DNA of 64,000 nucleotides from a virus (lineage: Duplodnaviria > Heunggongvirae > Uroviricota > Caudoviricetes): the IMG/VR virus record IMGVR_UViG_3300042892_001069, one strand, 5' to 3'. The position numbers and the translations under genes were made by a program. This document shows, one piece after another, positions 48,501 to 59,713 of this stretch. The number at the start of each line of letters is the position of its first letter. The first letter of the stretch is position 1. The notes beneath the pieces were generated by a model. The model ran no database searches. It had not been told where the DNA came from and saw nothing but the letters and a program-made list of their open reading frames with translations.

Positions 48501-51500
48501 TTAGGTATCTGGCCTAAGTACGAACCTAAAATTTATCTTGATACAAGTTTAGTCACTCCAAGGACTATGATACAGGGGCACGATGGTAGCCAAGTACTAG
48601 CCTACGGTGATTATCGAGATGACCTAATTCTAGAATTAGAAAAAAGAATTTATAATAATATTAAAGTTGAATATGATGCTAGTATATTTGACATTAACGA
48701 TTTCCTTCCAAGTTATGTTAGACCTACTGATTATAATTTAACAGAATTTAATGAAGTGCTGTCAACACAATTTTATAAATGGACTAGATTAATTGATAGA
48801 GATTTTTCTAAACCGTTAAGTTTTGATAGAACCAACAGTCTTACATATAACTATCAAGGACACTCTGCGATTGACGGCAGACCGGTGCCGGGGTATTGGA
48901 GAGGTATATATCGCTGGATGTTAGACACTGACAGACCTAATTTATGCCCATGGGAAATGTTAGGATTTAGTGAAGCACCTGTCTGGTGGGAAACTGTGTA
49001 CGGCCCAGCCCCGTATACTAGAGACAACTTAGTGCTTTGGCAAGACCTAGGATTAGGACTGGTTAAGGAACCAGGAAAACCAGTTGTACGTTTGGCCAAA
49101 TATGTTAGACCCTTTTTAGCTAATTCTATTCCTGTTGATGAGAACGGAGAAATTTTAGGACCAATCTTTTCAAATTTAGTTATTGGACCAAACAATGTAT
49201 CAGTTAGCAACGATTTTGTATTTGGTGATGTCAGCCCAATTGAGGCAGCATGGCGTCGAGGAAGTTATTATCCATTTAGCTTTTTAATAACAGCAATGTT
49301 GACTGCTCCGGCAAAAACATTTGGTGTATTATTAGACCGTTCAAGAGTTATTAGAAATTTAACAGGACAGCTAGTATATAAAGACACTGGATTGAGAATT
49401 CGTCCTCAAGACGTTGTGTTACCTAGTATATATTCAAGTACTACTAGGGTTCAAACTGCCGGCGTAATTAATTACATTGTTGATTATGTCCTTAGCGATA
49501 ATTTAAAATCTTATACTACGTATTCATATAATTTAAAACAGCTTAATATGCAACTAAGTTATCGACTAGGTGCGTTTACCAGTAAAGAAAAATTTAATTT
49601 ATTATTAGACAGTAAAACTCCTTCTAGTTCAGGCAGTGTATTTGTTCCACAAGAAGATTACAATATTATTTTAAATGTTAGTTCTGCGGTTAAAAGAATT
49701 AGCTATAGCGGAGTAGTTGTTACAAAATTACAAGATGGGTTTGAAGTTAAAGGTTATAGTCAAGTACAACCGTATTTTAAATATTTTCCATATATAAAAA
49801 ATGGGCCAACTATCAATGTTGGCGGTATCTCAGAAAGTTTTTCTTCTTGGACTGCCGGCGAACAATACGCTACTCATAAAGTTGTAAAATACAATAACCG
49901 TTACTATCGTGTAAAAGTTACGCATACATCAACAACCGTATTCAATGCTATCTATTTTGAATCATTAGGGGCGTTGCCAATCATTGGCGGACAAGAAGCA
50001 ATTTTTAGAACAGAATGGGATACTTCTGTAGAAATTACTGTTCCTTACGGGACAAAATTTAGAACCGTACAGGAAACAGTTGATTTTATTATTGGCTATG
50101 GAGAATGGTTGAAATCTCAAGGGTTTATATTTGACGATTTTAATAATAATCTTTCGTTAATTACTAACTGGGAAACAAGTGCTAAAGAATTCTTGTTCTG
50201 GACAACTCAAAATTGGTCTAGCGGTCAAGAAAAATGGAAAGAATGGATACCGTATAATACTACTGAGTATCAAGAGATTATTCGATATAACGGTGATTAT
50301 TATCAAGCTATTCGTAAATCAGTATCAGCTGATATTTTTATAGAAGCCGACTATGTTAAGTTAGATGGCCTAAGTACAGTTGGTAGTTCAGTTATATCTC
50401 TAAGTCCGTCAGCTGATAAGATAACATTTAGTGTGCCTTATACAGTGGTTGATGATATTAAAAATCCGTTTCATGAATATGAAATCTTTAAAGTAGACGG
50501 GTCGCCAATGCCGCCTCGCTTAATAAATTCTTATAGAGAGGATAACTCTGTAAGTTACGCCTCATCAACAACTGACGGCATTTTTGGAGCAACTTTTTTC
50601 TTAGTACAAAAAGAACAAGTAGTATTGCTTAATAACACTACAATGTTTAATGACACCGTTTATAATCCTGAAAGCGGATATAGACAAGAGCGAATCAAAG
50701 TATCAGGGTATGTAAGTACCAACTGGTACGGCGGGTTTGATGTTCCGGGATTTATTTTTGATCAAGCAAATATTCAACCGTGGGAGTCGTGGACTGATTA
50801 TGCGCTAGGTGACATTGTCAAGCACAAAGAATTTTATTACAGCGCAAACTTGTTTACTCCTGGGACAGATATATTTGACCCAGCTAGTTGGATTAAATTA
50901 GATAACAAGCCAGCACCAAGACTAATTCCAAATTGGACATACAAAGCAAGCCAATTTGAAGACTTTTACAGTTTAGACAGTGATAACTTTGATGTGGGAC
51001 AACAAAAAGCCGCTCAGCATCTAATTGGTTATCAAAAGCGTCAATATCTTGAAAATATTATTAAAGATGATGTTAGTGAATTTAAATTTTATCAAGGTAT
51101 GATTATTGAAAAAGGTACACAAAACGTATTAAACAAGTTGTTTGATGTGTTAAGTGCTGATGGTCAAGAAAGTATTGTATTTGATGAAGAATGGGCAGTT
51201 CGTGTTGGACAATACGGCGCAAGTGCTGCCTTTGAAAATATTGAATTTATTTTAGATGAGTCACTATTTAAAAATAATCCTCAGGGATTTGAATTAGTTA
51301 ACAATGTTGAGTCAAGTACTCTTGATTTTATTGTGCGTCAAACTCCTAACGATGTGTATCTAAAACCATTGGGGTATAGTAACAACCCATGGCCTGTTGT
51401 TAAAAAATATTCACCGTATTTAAGAACTCCTGGTTATGTTCGAGAAAACGAAGTGGCGGCAGTGTTACTAACAATTGACAATATTGTTACGCAAAATATT

Positions 51501-54500
51501 GATAATATTAATAATGGCAACTATATCTGGTGTGGATTTGAAGGTCGAGAATGGAACGTATATAAGTATGTTCCTTCAAACTTAACTATATTAAATGTAA
51601 GTTACGATGCTAACAATAACGAATTATCTTTAGAAACAGATGTTCTTGTAAAAATAACAGTAGGAGAATATGTTGGCATTGAGGGCGACAAAGATCTTGC
51701 TGGCACTGAACAAATTCTGTTTAAGGGGTTTTATAAAGTTAAGAGGGTTGAACTAAACGTATTAATATTAGAAGCATCGTTAACATCTTCTCCGGTGGTT
51801 ACACCTAACTTAATTATTCCTCTGTTTGTCCTACAATCACAGAGAGTTTCAAGCATAGATACTGCTGATGCTACAATAAAAAAACAGCCAATTAATGGCG
51901 ATTTATTATGGACTGATGACTCCGGTGACGGCAAATGGGCAACTTGGGAATTTAATCAAGCATATCAATCTACAACAATTGCCGGGTATCTTCCAACCAC
52001 TGGCTTAGAATTTGGCCGAACTATTGCGGTAAACAAAGCTGGCAATCTAGCGGCAATTTCCTCAGCTAGTGGCGATGTATTAATTTATAGTAAATCAGTT
52101 CCTGGCGTACCGTGGTCAACTACTCAAAGAATTGGTAAACCGTTTACTTCGCTGGGATTAACTACCTGGTTAGTAGACACAGGATACGCAACTGGCACTA
52201 TTGTGTTTTATATCAACAGTTGGTATCAGGCTAATGACACTGTACCGGCCAACGTTATTCCTTCTAGTAGTGTAGCACATTGGTCTAAAATTTATTTTTC
52301 AGATGTGTTAGCACTATCAGCAGACGGTGCCTGGTTAGCTATAGGTAGTCCTGCCGCAGGTAACGTATCGGTATCAACAACGGTGTCTGAACTTATTACA
52401 GTTAACAGAGCAGGTGTACCGTCAGAATTAATAAATCAAGGGGTAGTTTCTTTATATAAGAAAGACAACGCAGGCTTATTTTCATTGATTAGCACATTTA
52501 CTAGTCCTGACGCAGTTGACACTGAGTTGTTTGGATCAAATCTAGCATTTGGAGATAACGTATTATTTGTTAGCGCAGCCGGTCGAAATAATAATGCTGG
52601 CAGAGTTTATCAATTAAATTATACCGAAGTGTCGTATGCAACTGCGTTATATAATCCAATTGGAAGTATTGATGCTACTATTAAAACAACCGTGCCTGTA
52701 GGTGGAGTTGTTATAGGAATGGAAGTAGTTGGCGTTGGATTCACTAGTGGTCAAACTGTTAAACAGATTCTAAGCTCAACATTATATGTATTAACAGCAC
52801 CACCTGATACTGAACCATCTGGTCGCCTTAATTTTGTAACTACCCAATGGGTATACAATAACGACACTGGCATTGGCACTGGAGTAACTAGTGAGGACCA
52901 GTTTGGATATGCGATTGAGGTCAGCGGCGATTCATCAACTTTAGCAATATCTGCTCCTAACGCTGAATCAGTATATGTGTATAAGAAAACGGGTTCTGCA
53001 TTTACATTGGCGCAAACTATAACTGGTGTAGATTCTAGATTTGGTGAAAGTATTACCTTATCTGATACTGCAGAATATCTAGCAATATCATCAATACTTG
53101 CCGATGGTGCTGAAATTGATCAAGGCGCTGTGCTTGTTTATAAAAATACAGCCGGGGCATTCGTGTTCTATCAAAGTCTTAAAAATGTTATTCCCGAATC
53201 GGCAGAACATTTTGGTAGTAAAATATCATTTATGAATGATTATAACAGCATTGTAGTTTACAGTACTGCCGCTGATACATACATTCCAACAACGTTCGAT
53301 TCAAATTCAACTATATTTGATGACAATTTAACAAAGATAACCTCACGCCGTACCAACAGCGGCAGCGTTGACATTTATGATCGATATGCTAATAATTGGG
53401 TATTCAGTGAAAGTTTACCTACTACTAATTACGATTACGAATTGTATGGAGCAAGTGTAGTAGTTGGGGCAAATCATGTGTTTGTTGGCGCACCAAATGC
53501 CCTTGATAGGACAACCCGCGCCGGCCTTGTTTACGAATACAGTAAATTGGAAGATAGATATAGTTGGTCAATCTTACATAAAGAAATTAACAAATTAGAC
53601 CTAACAAAAATTAAATCTGCGTTCTTATATAATAAGAAAACTAATAAGCTTCTTACGTACTTAGATGTAATTGATCCAGTACAGGGAAAAATTCCAGGAG
53701 TAGCCGAGCAAGAAATAAAATATAAAACTTTTTATGATCCTGCTGTGTACAGCACACCTTTAGGAACTACGCCAGCTGATACAACTGTTAAAATTGATAA
53801 CGGTATGTCATGGACAAAATCTCAAGTAGGTATGCTATGGTGGGATTTAAGATCAGCAAAATTTTTAGATAGTCACGATGATGATACTGTTTATAGAAAC
53901 AGTACTTGGAGTACATTATTTCCAGGAGCATCAATAGACGTATACGAATGGGTTGAAACTCAACTATTACCGGACGCTTGGAACGAGCAAGCAGACACTG
54001 ACGCTGGAACTACATTAGGTATAAGCGGAACTACCCTATACGGAAATAATGTGTACAGCTACGAAAAACGTTTTGATAATGTGTCAAAAGCTACCAAATA
54101 TACATATTACTACTGGGTAAAAAATAAAAAAACAATACCAAATATTATTAATCGCAATATGTCGGCACACGATGTTGCTAATTTAATATCAAACCCAAGA
54201 GGTGATGGATATAAATTTTTAGCTCTAACTGGCACTAACTCATTTAGTTTATTCAACGTATCGAATTTATTAGAAGATAAAGACGTTGTGTTGTCTGTTC
54301 AATATTGGATTGCTGATCATGCCGGACAAAATATCCACAGTCAGTGGAAAATAATTAGTAAAAATATAAACACAGTGTTGCCACCAGCTATTGAGACAAA
54401 ATGGTTTGACAGCTTGTGCGGAAAAGACGAGCAAGGCCGCCTAGTGCCTGATCCTAGTTTACCGCCAAAGTTACAATTTGGTATTGAAAATAGACCTCGT

Positions 54501-57500
54501 CAAGGCATGTTTGCAAATCGATTTGAAGCATTAAAACAATTCTTTGAAAAGACAAACTTACTATTATCAAGTACACAAATAGTAGGTAATGCTGACTTGA
54601 CACGTTTAGAGTCGTACGATCCTGAACCAAATATTAATCTAGGATTATATGATACTGTATTTGACACTGACGCTGAATTAAGATTTGCTAACGTTGGCGC
54701 ATTTAAACCCGCGGTACTTACTCCAGTAGTAATTAACGGCGCAATCACTTCAGTTACTATTATTACAAAAGGTAACGGCTATGTTAACGCCCCATACCTT
54801 GATATCTCTGGGGCAGGCGAAGGAGCAAAGATTAAAACTGTAATAAATGCCAAAGGTCAAATTGTTGGAACATCAATAATTTCATCAGGCACTGGTTATA
54901 ATGATGCTACTACTATATCAATCAGATCATATTCTGCGCTAGTTCATACTGATGTCCAGGCGCTTAATACTTGGAGCATTTATTCATATGATCTATCTAC
55001 CTTAACTTGGTCAAGAGTTCAGTCACAAGGGTATGACACTAGAAAATATTGGAATTATATTGACTGGTATCATACCGGATATGGACAATACTCGTTAATA
55101 GATTACGCTGTCAACACATTTGTTGAGTTGACCACAGTTACTACTAAGATAGGACAAATAGTTAAAGTTAGGACTACTGGTAGCGGTACTTGGTTATTAC
55201 TAAGAAAATATGCGGAATCAGCGTCAATCGATTGGACTCAAAGTTACGAGGTAGTTGGGATTCAAAACGGCACAATTCAATTCTTGCCTGAATTATATAA
55301 ATTTTCTGGAACACCGTATGGTTATGACGGTTCTTTATATGATGGATCAATATTTGATAATTCCGCAAGCCGAGAACTACAAAATATCCTAGTGTGTTTA
55401 CAAAAAAATATTTTAATTGACGAATTAAAACCGTACTATTTAGATTTATTTTTTATGTGTGTTCGTTATGCGTATTCGGAACAAAATTATCTTGACTGGA
55501 TATTTAAAACTAGTTTTGTTAAAGCACAGCATAATGTTGGCGAGTTGACTCAGAAAGTTACTTATAACAGCGATAATTTATCAGATTTTGAAGCGTATAT
55601 AACAGAAGTAAAACCTTACAGAACAAAGGTTAGAGAATATATCAGTTCTTATTCTAAAACAGATACTAGTGAATTGTCATTAACTGATTTTGATTTACAA
55701 CCAACATATCGTGTTTTAAATCAGTCTACTATTGAAACTAAAATAGTTGACGAAGTAATTCAAATTGACGATAGTCTAATAACATCGTATCCGTGGAAAC
55801 ATTGGGCTGATAATGTTGGATTTACTGTTACTGAACTTAAAATAGTAGACGGCGGAAGCGGATATAATTTACCGCCGGTTATTAGGATTGCCAGTAAGTC
55901 CGGCACCGGCGCAACAGCAAGGGCATTTATTTCTAATGGTAAAGTTAATAGAATAGTACTATTAACACCTGGCAGTAACTATTTAAATGCGCCAACTGTC
56001 TTAGTTGAAGGCGGCCTAAATGAAGGCGGCACTGCCGCGCAAGTAGTTGCTTATATTGGCAACGGTGTAATTCGTTCTAGTTTAGTTAAAATGAAATTTG
56101 ACAGATTAACTCAAAATTATTTTATTACTAAATTAGAAGAAACTGAATCATTTACTGGAACCGGAAGTCGTTTACAATTTCCGTTAAAATGGTCACCTGA
56201 CATTAGAATAGGCAAATCGTCTGTAACAATTAACGGAGTTGATGTGCTACGTGACGATTATAAACTAGTAACAATTAAGTCAACTGCAAAAGGATACACT
56301 AGTTATTCTGGGTCTATTATTTTTACAACTGCCATTGCTAAAGATGCTATAGTTTTAGTATCGTATTTGAAAGATTGGAGTCTATTAAATGCGGCAGACA
56401 GGATTCAATATTACTATAATCCGCAAACAGGCGATGTAGGTAAAGACCTAGCACAGTTAATGACTGGTGTCGACTACGGCGGCGTAATAATGAACGGTCT
56501 TGGACTAAATGTTAGTCAAGGGTGGGATAGTACACCTTACTATACTGATAGATGGGATAGTGTTGACGCAACTTTTGATGATTATATTGTTGCGGTTGCA
56601 GCTGGCACCCACGTATTCACATTACCATACGTGCCTGAAACTGGCGTAGAAATCAATACCTATCATATTAAATTGTACCAACAGTCATACTCTGCAAGCG
56701 GATTAGATTATCAGTACAATACTGCCGCCGAGTCATTAAAGGTAGTGATATCTAAAACTGTTACTACTACTGTAGAAAATGCGGCTGGCGGATATATCTT
56801 ATCAGTGCCAAGCACAGCGGGAATTAATATAAATGATATTATTACAACTAGTGCTAACAATATTTTTGGTTATAACACAAAAGTTACTGAAATAATTAAT
56901 GCAACATCTTTACGCCTAGATCAAATTATATTTGGAATTATTGGAATTGGCAGTAATATAGTTGTTACCCGCACATTAGTAAAAAATATTGACTATACAG
57001 TTAGCATAGTTGGATTAATAACGCTGGCTCAATTAGCACCTGCCGGTAGCACAATAACAATTAGTTCGCCATTAGATCCAGTTAGATTAGATCCTGACGT
57101 AGTTGCCACGTTTGTTGGCAACGGCGACGCGGATGTGATTACTATTCCTAGTGGATATACTGTAAATGCTGGAGATGAATTTATCTTTCGTAAGAGTACT
57201 AGTGACGGTTCAATTAAGCCTCAAGAAGCAGACTATGATACTGCGTTAACAGGCGGCAACTTAGCTTATAGCTCTGCTACTGGTTTAAATGCTGAAGATA
57301 TTATTGTTGACGGAGACGGATTTGTTACGCCTACAACTAGCCCTGCTACAGAAGAAGTTGTTCCGGGACAAATTTTTGATACTGTTGCTATTAAAGTATA
57401 CGAAAAACCTAGCGCAGGTTCTGCCAATATTAAAGTAGATAATTATATTGGAGACAACAGTACAGTTGATTATGCTATTACTCAACAAATTAATAGTCCA

Positions 57501-59708
57501 CAGGCAGTAATTGTAAAAATAACTGACGGCGTATCTGCGTCGGTTATTAAAACAATGAACGACGATTACGTTGTTAATTTTAATACTCGTACTATTAAGT
57601 TTAATACTGCTCCAACAAACACGCAAATTGTTTCAATATTCAGCTTTGGATTTAGCGGTTCAAATATTTTAGATCTTGATTATTTTGTTGGCAACGGCTC
57701 AACTACTGAATTTATTACCAAAGCACCGTGGTTGTCAGATATTACATCTTTAGTATATCTTGACGGTATTCCTGAAGCAGTTGAGTTATTTGAAACAGAT
57801 GCTACGTATGAAAGCAATAAACGTGTTGGCATACGATTTGATTCTGCTCCACCTACTGGCACTATTATAAACTTTGTAATTGTCAGTGGCAATGAACAAA
57901 CTTTTGCTGTAACTAAAACTGAAAGAATTGCTACCGATGGCCGCCAAAATCGCGATCCTTCAACTGATTTATTAAACGGTACGTCAACATATGCTCTTCA
58001 AAATAAAATTGGAAACAGTCTTCCTGCCGAAACTAGCATGATTGTAAGAGTTGACCAAACAATTTTACCAGCGGCAAACAACATTTATTATAAAATTAAA
58101 TCAAACAAATTAATATATGCCATTGATAAAAACAAATATCAACAGTACGGTTTAGATATTGCTGATATTACAGTATATGTTGGTAACACTATGCTTGTGT
58201 TAGGTACTGATTACGTTGTAGATCTTAGCGGAATTAATATTAAGATAACAGCACGTATTCGTAATTTATATGTTAATCAACAATTAGTTATTAGCGTAAT
58301 AAAAGATAGTCTAACAGTAGGTAGTTTCTATACATACTTGCCTGGAATTAATAATACTCAGCCGCAAATTGTGTTTAATGAAGTATACAATTCATTAAAT
58401 GTTGTTGAAATTATAAGTTCTTACAAGCATGATATATTGGATATTCAACGAACACTAGTTACAGTATCGTCTAATATTAACTTTACGCCAGATACTATTG
58501 AATATTTTAATTATACTGGTATATCAGGCGGTACAATAACATTAGATAGAACTGTTATTAGCGATAATTACGTGTGGGTCATGCGCAACGGTAAGTTACT
58601 GGTACCTAGTGTTGATTTTAAATTAAATTCAGACAAACAAAGTGTTACATTATCAACGAGCCCTGCAGCTAACGATGAATTTACATTACTAACATTCAGT
58701 AGCAATGTGTTGAAGCCTGGTATTTCATACATGCAATTTAAAGATATGTTAAATCGTGTTCACTATAAACGATTAAGTTTGAACAAACAAACTTCGTTAG
58801 TTCGTAATTTAGAATGGAACGATACTAGTATTGTGGTTGTTGATGCTAGTAAATTTGACGAGCCAAACCCTACTGTAAATAAGCCAGGAGTAATTGAAAT
58901 CCGAGGCGAGCGTATTGAATACTTTACCAAGACTGGCAATATTTTAAGCCAACTACGTCGAGGCACATTAGGCACTGGCACTCCTACTGTACATCGTGCC
59001 GGATCGTTTGTTCAAGATATTGGACCAAGTGAAACTATTCCTTATATTGAAAATATAATTGTTGAACAAGTAATAGCAGATGGTTCTAACATTGTTAATT
59101 TAATTAAAATTACGCCAGGATTATACACTTTTAATACTTCTACTAATGTTGTTAAGACGTTGCCACATGATATTGAAGTATTTGTAGGCGGATATAATAT
59201 TGGAGCCGAGTGGGCGGCAAGCGTGACATATGATGTTGGAATGTTTGTAACATTAGGTAGTTACACTTACAAATGTACAACAGCACACACTAGTTCTAAT
59301 TTGTTCCACACTGACATAGCAAACTGGTCATTCTTTATTGGTAACATTCGTCTAAAGAAAGACGCATATTCTGTTTATAATGTAAACAATCATCCAGACA
59401 GTACCAATGGCGACGTACAATTTGACGCAGAATTTACAGTTGACGGGGTATCAAAACAGCTAACGTTAGCTACTCCGCTAGCATTTGGTACACAAGTCAC
59501 TGTTGTTAAACGTACTTTAACTTATTGGGACAGCGAAACTAATATATTAAATGATAACAACAAAATATCAGGGTTCTTAAAAGCAGAACCGGGTGTATGG
59601 TATACTGAATTTAATATACCTACACAAGATAATGCTCCGATAACATCAACGTTTGACAACACTAATGGAACATTTGACAGTAACACTATAACATTTGATC
59701 AAGGATAA
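45585..59708 (+). CDS. Giant 4707-aa baseplate/virion protein (gp7 position) with FG-GAP-like propeller, Trp carbohydrate-binding repeats and Ig-like segments
   Basis: Start moved to MADSINPNK, overlapping the gp6 stop. Contains FLPRFYRSD, DKFVNFQNYYWLP, FG..(I/L)A repeats and VKPYRTKVR. Confidence 0.8.
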   Translation: MADSINPNKNKVSSFLPRFYRSDSNKKFTQATLDQLVQPGTVDKLNGFVGRQNAKASTGKDIFIKEISDQRQNYQLEPGMVIKDNLDNVTFFKDYIDYINQIDVFGGNVKNHARLNKQEFYSWDPHLEWDKFVNFQNYYWLPYGPDVIAIAGQQQKIESTYTVTVESTGDSFQYVFTPDGLTRNPTIKLFKGQTYKFEINSLGNPFSIKTVRSPGTLDRYNTYGLDGVAVENGTITFTVPTDAPDVLYYVSESDIDLGGVFQIFSITENTKIDVEAEIIGKKNYTLTDGTALSNGMKVKFIGGVTPESYASDEYYVEGVGTAIILIKQSELALISTYTQSESILFDSTPFDNMPFSDATAFAGTPDYIVINRASLDKNPWSRYNRWFHKDVVNTSAAFNNKIPSLDQTARATRPIIEFEAGIKLFNFGLQTIADIDLIDTYTPDVFSTIEGSFGYNVDGVPLVQGQRVLFTADIDSYVKNKIYRVEFLDVLHLNTGSRQLHLVLETEPTLNDVVLVKQGTLNVGKSYWFNGTTWEVGQQKTVLNQPPLFDIVDDTGVSYGDTTAYEGSTFIGTKLFSYKIGSGAVDNKLGFALTYKNISNIGDIVFNFNILTDTFRYKNLADVIDKNINVGYLTKFSTETATISYANGWKTALVTNTQAAVRIYKNSNLTNNFEIDIFDNKDELADLVVRLYVNGRRLDKSLWSVITGPVYKKVILATDITVDDVLTIRAFAEQPINSKGYYEIPINLQNNPLNNNLSDFTLGEVIDHVNSIVDNIDTFEGQYPGAGNLRDLGDVTPYGTKFVQHSGPMGLSLYHITNQENNIIRAIETAKNDYNKFKRNFISIIDTLEVYSTDVVAQVNLILQAINKDKPTNVSYYFSDMFGYGANQYNEYTVIDYRIKSYPLTSTFSLGVLSNQAVYVYLNGVQLIHSKDYTFDSQGFVVIRATLNNDDLIAIVEYENTDGCFVPLTPTKLGIWPKYEPKIYLDTSLVTPRTMIQGHDGSQVLAYGDYRDDLILELEKRIYNNIKVEYDASIFDINDFLPSYVRPTDYNLTEFNEVLSTQFYKWTRLIDRDFSKPLSFDRTNSLTYNYQGHSAIDGRPVPGYWRGIYRWMLDTDRPNLCPWEMLGFSEAPVWWETVYGPAPYTRDNLVLWQDLGLGLVKEPGKPVVRLAKYVRPFLANSIPVDENGEILGPIFSNLVIGPNNVSVSNDFVFGDVSPIEAAWRRGSYYPFSFLITAMLTAPAKTFGVLLDRSRVIRNLTGQLVYKDTGLRIRPQDVVLPSIYSSTTRVQTAGVINYIVDYVLSDNLKSYTTYSYNLKQLNMQLSYRLGAFTSKEKFNLLLDSKTPSSSGSVFVPQEDYNIILNVSSAVKRISYSGVVVTKLQDGFEVKGYSQVQPYFKYFPYIKNGPTINVGGISESFSSWTAGEQYATHKVVKYNNRYYRVKVTHTSTTVFNAIYFESLGALPIIGGQEAIFRTEWDTSVEITVPYGTKFRTVQETVDFIIGYGEWLKSQGFIFDDFNNNLSLITNWETSAKEFLFWTTQNWSSGQEKWKEWIPYNTTEYQEIIRYNGDYYQAIRKSVSADIFIEADYVKLDGLSTVGSSVISLSPSADKITFSVPYTVVDDIKNPFHEYEIFKVDGSPMPPRLINSYREDNSVSYASSTTDGIFGATFFLVQKEQVVLLNNTTMFNDTVYNPESGYRQERIKVSGYVSTNWYGGFDVPGFIFDQANIQPWESWTDYALGDIVKHKEFYYSANLFTPGTDIFDPASWIKLDNKPAPRLIPNWTYKASQFEDFYSLDSDNFDVGQQKAAQHLIGYQKRQYLENIIKDDVSEFKFYQGMIIEKGTQNVLNKLFDVLSADGQESIVFDEEWAVRVGQYGASAAFENIEFILDESLFKNNPQGFELVNNVESSTLDFIVRQTPNDVYLKPLGYSNNPWPVVKKYSPYLRTPGYVRENEVAAVLLTIDNIVTQNIDNINNGNYIWCGFEGREWNVYKYVPSNLTILNVSYDANNNELSLETDVLVKITVGEYVGIEGDKDLAGTEQILFKGFYKVKRVELNVLILEASLTSSPVVTPNLIIPLFVLQSQRVSSIDTADATIKKQPINGDLLWTDDSGDGKWATWEFNQAYQSTTIAGYLPTTGLEFGRTIAVNKAGNLAAISSASGDVLIYSKSVPGVPWSTTQRIGKPFTSLGLTTWLVDTGYATGTIVFYINSWYQANDTVPANVIPSSSVAHWSKIYFSDVLALSADGAWLAIGSPAAGNVSVSTTVSELITVNRAGVPSELINQGVVSLYKKDNAGLFSLISTFTSPDAVDTELFGSNLAFGDNVLFVSAAGRNNNAGRVYQLNYTEVSYATALYNPIGSIDATIKTTVPVGGVVIGMEVVGVGFTSGQTVKQILSSTLYVLTAPPDTEPSGRLNFVTTQWVYNNDTGIGTGVTSEDQFGYAIEVSGDSSTLAISAPNAESVYVYKKTGSAFTLAQTITGVDSRFGESITLSDTAEYLAISSILADGAEIDQGAVLVYKNTAGAFVFYQSLKNVIPESAEHFGSKISFMNDYNSIVVYSTAADTYIPTTFDSNSTIFDDNLTKITSRRTNSGSVDIYDRYANNWVFSESLPTTNYDYELYGASVVVGANHVFVGAPNALDRTTRAGLVYEYSKLEDRYSWSILHKEINKLDLTKIKSAFLYNKKTNKLLTYLDVIDPVQGKIPGVAEQEIKYKTFYDPAVYSTPLGTTPADTTVKIDNGMSWTKSQVGMLWWDLRSAKFLDSHDDDTVYRNSTWSTLFPGASIDVYEWVETQLLPDAWNEQADTDAGTTLGISGTTLYGNNVYSYEKRFDNVSKATKYTYYYWVKNKKTIPNIINRNMSAHDVANLISNPRGDGYKFLALTGTNSFSLFNVSNLLEDKDVVLSVQYWIADHAGQNIHSQWKIISKNINTVLPPAIETKWFDSLCGKDEQGRLVPDPSLPPKLQFGIENRPRQGMFANRFEALKQFFEKTNLLLSSTQIVGNADLTRLESYDPEPNINLGLYDTVFDTDAELRFANVGAFKPAVLTPVVINGAITSVTIITKGNGYVNAPYLDISGAGEGAKIKTVINAKGQIVGTSIISSGTGYNDATTISIRSYSALVHTDVQALNTWSIYSYDLSTLTWSRVQSQGYDTRKYWNYIDWYHTGYGQYSLIDYAVNTFVELTTVTTKIGQIVKVRTTGSGTWLLLRKYAESASIDWTQSYEVVGIQNGTIQFLPELYKFSGTPYGYDGSLYDGSIFDNSASRELQNILVCLQKNILIDELKPYYLDLFFMCVRYAYSEQNYLDWIFKTSFVKAQHNVGELTQKVTYNSDNLSDFEAYITEVKPYRTKVREYISSYSKTDTSELSLTDFDLQPTYRVLNQSTIETKIVDEVIQIDDSLITSYPWKHWADNVGFTVTELKIVDGGSGYNLPPVIRIASKSGTGATARAFISNGKVNRIVLLTPGSNYLNAPTVLVEGGLNEGGTAAQVVAYIGNGVIRSSLVKMKFDRLTQNYFITKLEETESFTGTGSRLQFPLKWSPDIRIGKSSVTINGVDVLRDDYKLVTIKSTAKGYTSYSGSIIFTTAIAKDAIVLVSYLKDWSLLNAADRIQYYYNPQTGDVGKDLAQLMTGVDYGGVIMNGLGLNVSQGWDSTPYYTDRWDSVDATFDDYIVAVAAGTHVFTLPYVPETGVEINTYHIKLYQQSYSASGLDYQYNTAAESLKVVISKTVTTTVENAAGGYILSVPSTAGININDIITTSANNIFGYNTKVTEIINATSLRLDQIIFGIIGIGSNIVVTRTLVKNIDYTVSIVGLITLAQLAPAGSTITISSPLDPVRLDPDVVATFVGNGDADVITIPSGYTVNAGDEFIFRKSTSDGSIKPQEADYDTALTGGNLAYSSATGLNAEDIIVDGDGFVTPTTSPATEEVVPGQIFDTVAIKVYEKPSAGSANIKVDNYIGDNSTVDYAITQQINSPQAVIVKITDGVSASVIKTMNDDYVVNFNTRTIKFNTAPTNTQIVSIFSFGFSGSNILDLDYFVGNGSTTEFITKAPWLSDITSLVYLDGIPEAVELFETDATYESNKRVGIRFDSAPPTGTIINFVIVSGNEQTFAVTKTERIATDGRQNRDPSTDLLNGTSTYALQNKIGNSLPAETSMIVRVDQTILPAANNIYYKIKSNKLIYAIDKNKYQQYGLDIADITVYVGNTMLVLGTDYVVDLSGINIKITARIRNLYVNQQLVISVIKDSLTVGSFYTYLPGINNTQPQIVFNEVYNSLNVVEIISSYKHDILDIQRTLVTVSSNINFTPDTIEYFNYTGISGGTITLDRTVISDNYVWVMRNGKLLVPSVDFKLNSDKQSVTLSTSPAANDEFTLLTFSSNVLKPGISYMQFKDMLNRVHYKRLSLNKQTSLVRNLEWNDTSIVVVDASKFDEPNPTVNKPGVIEIRGERIEYFTKTGNILSQLRRGTLGTGTPTVHRAGSFVQDIGPSETIPYIENIIVEQVIADGSNIVNLIKITPGLYTFNTSTNVVKTLPHDIEVFVGGYNIGAEWAASVTYDVGMFVTLGSYTYKCTTAHTSSNLFHTDIANWSFFIGNIRLKKDAYSVYNVNNHPDSTNGDVQFDAEFTVDGVSKQLTLATPLAFGTQVTVVKRTLTYWDSETNILNDNNKISGFLKAEPGVWYTEFNIPTQDNAPITSTFDNTNGTFDSNTITFDQG

Positions 59709-59713
59709 TAAAA

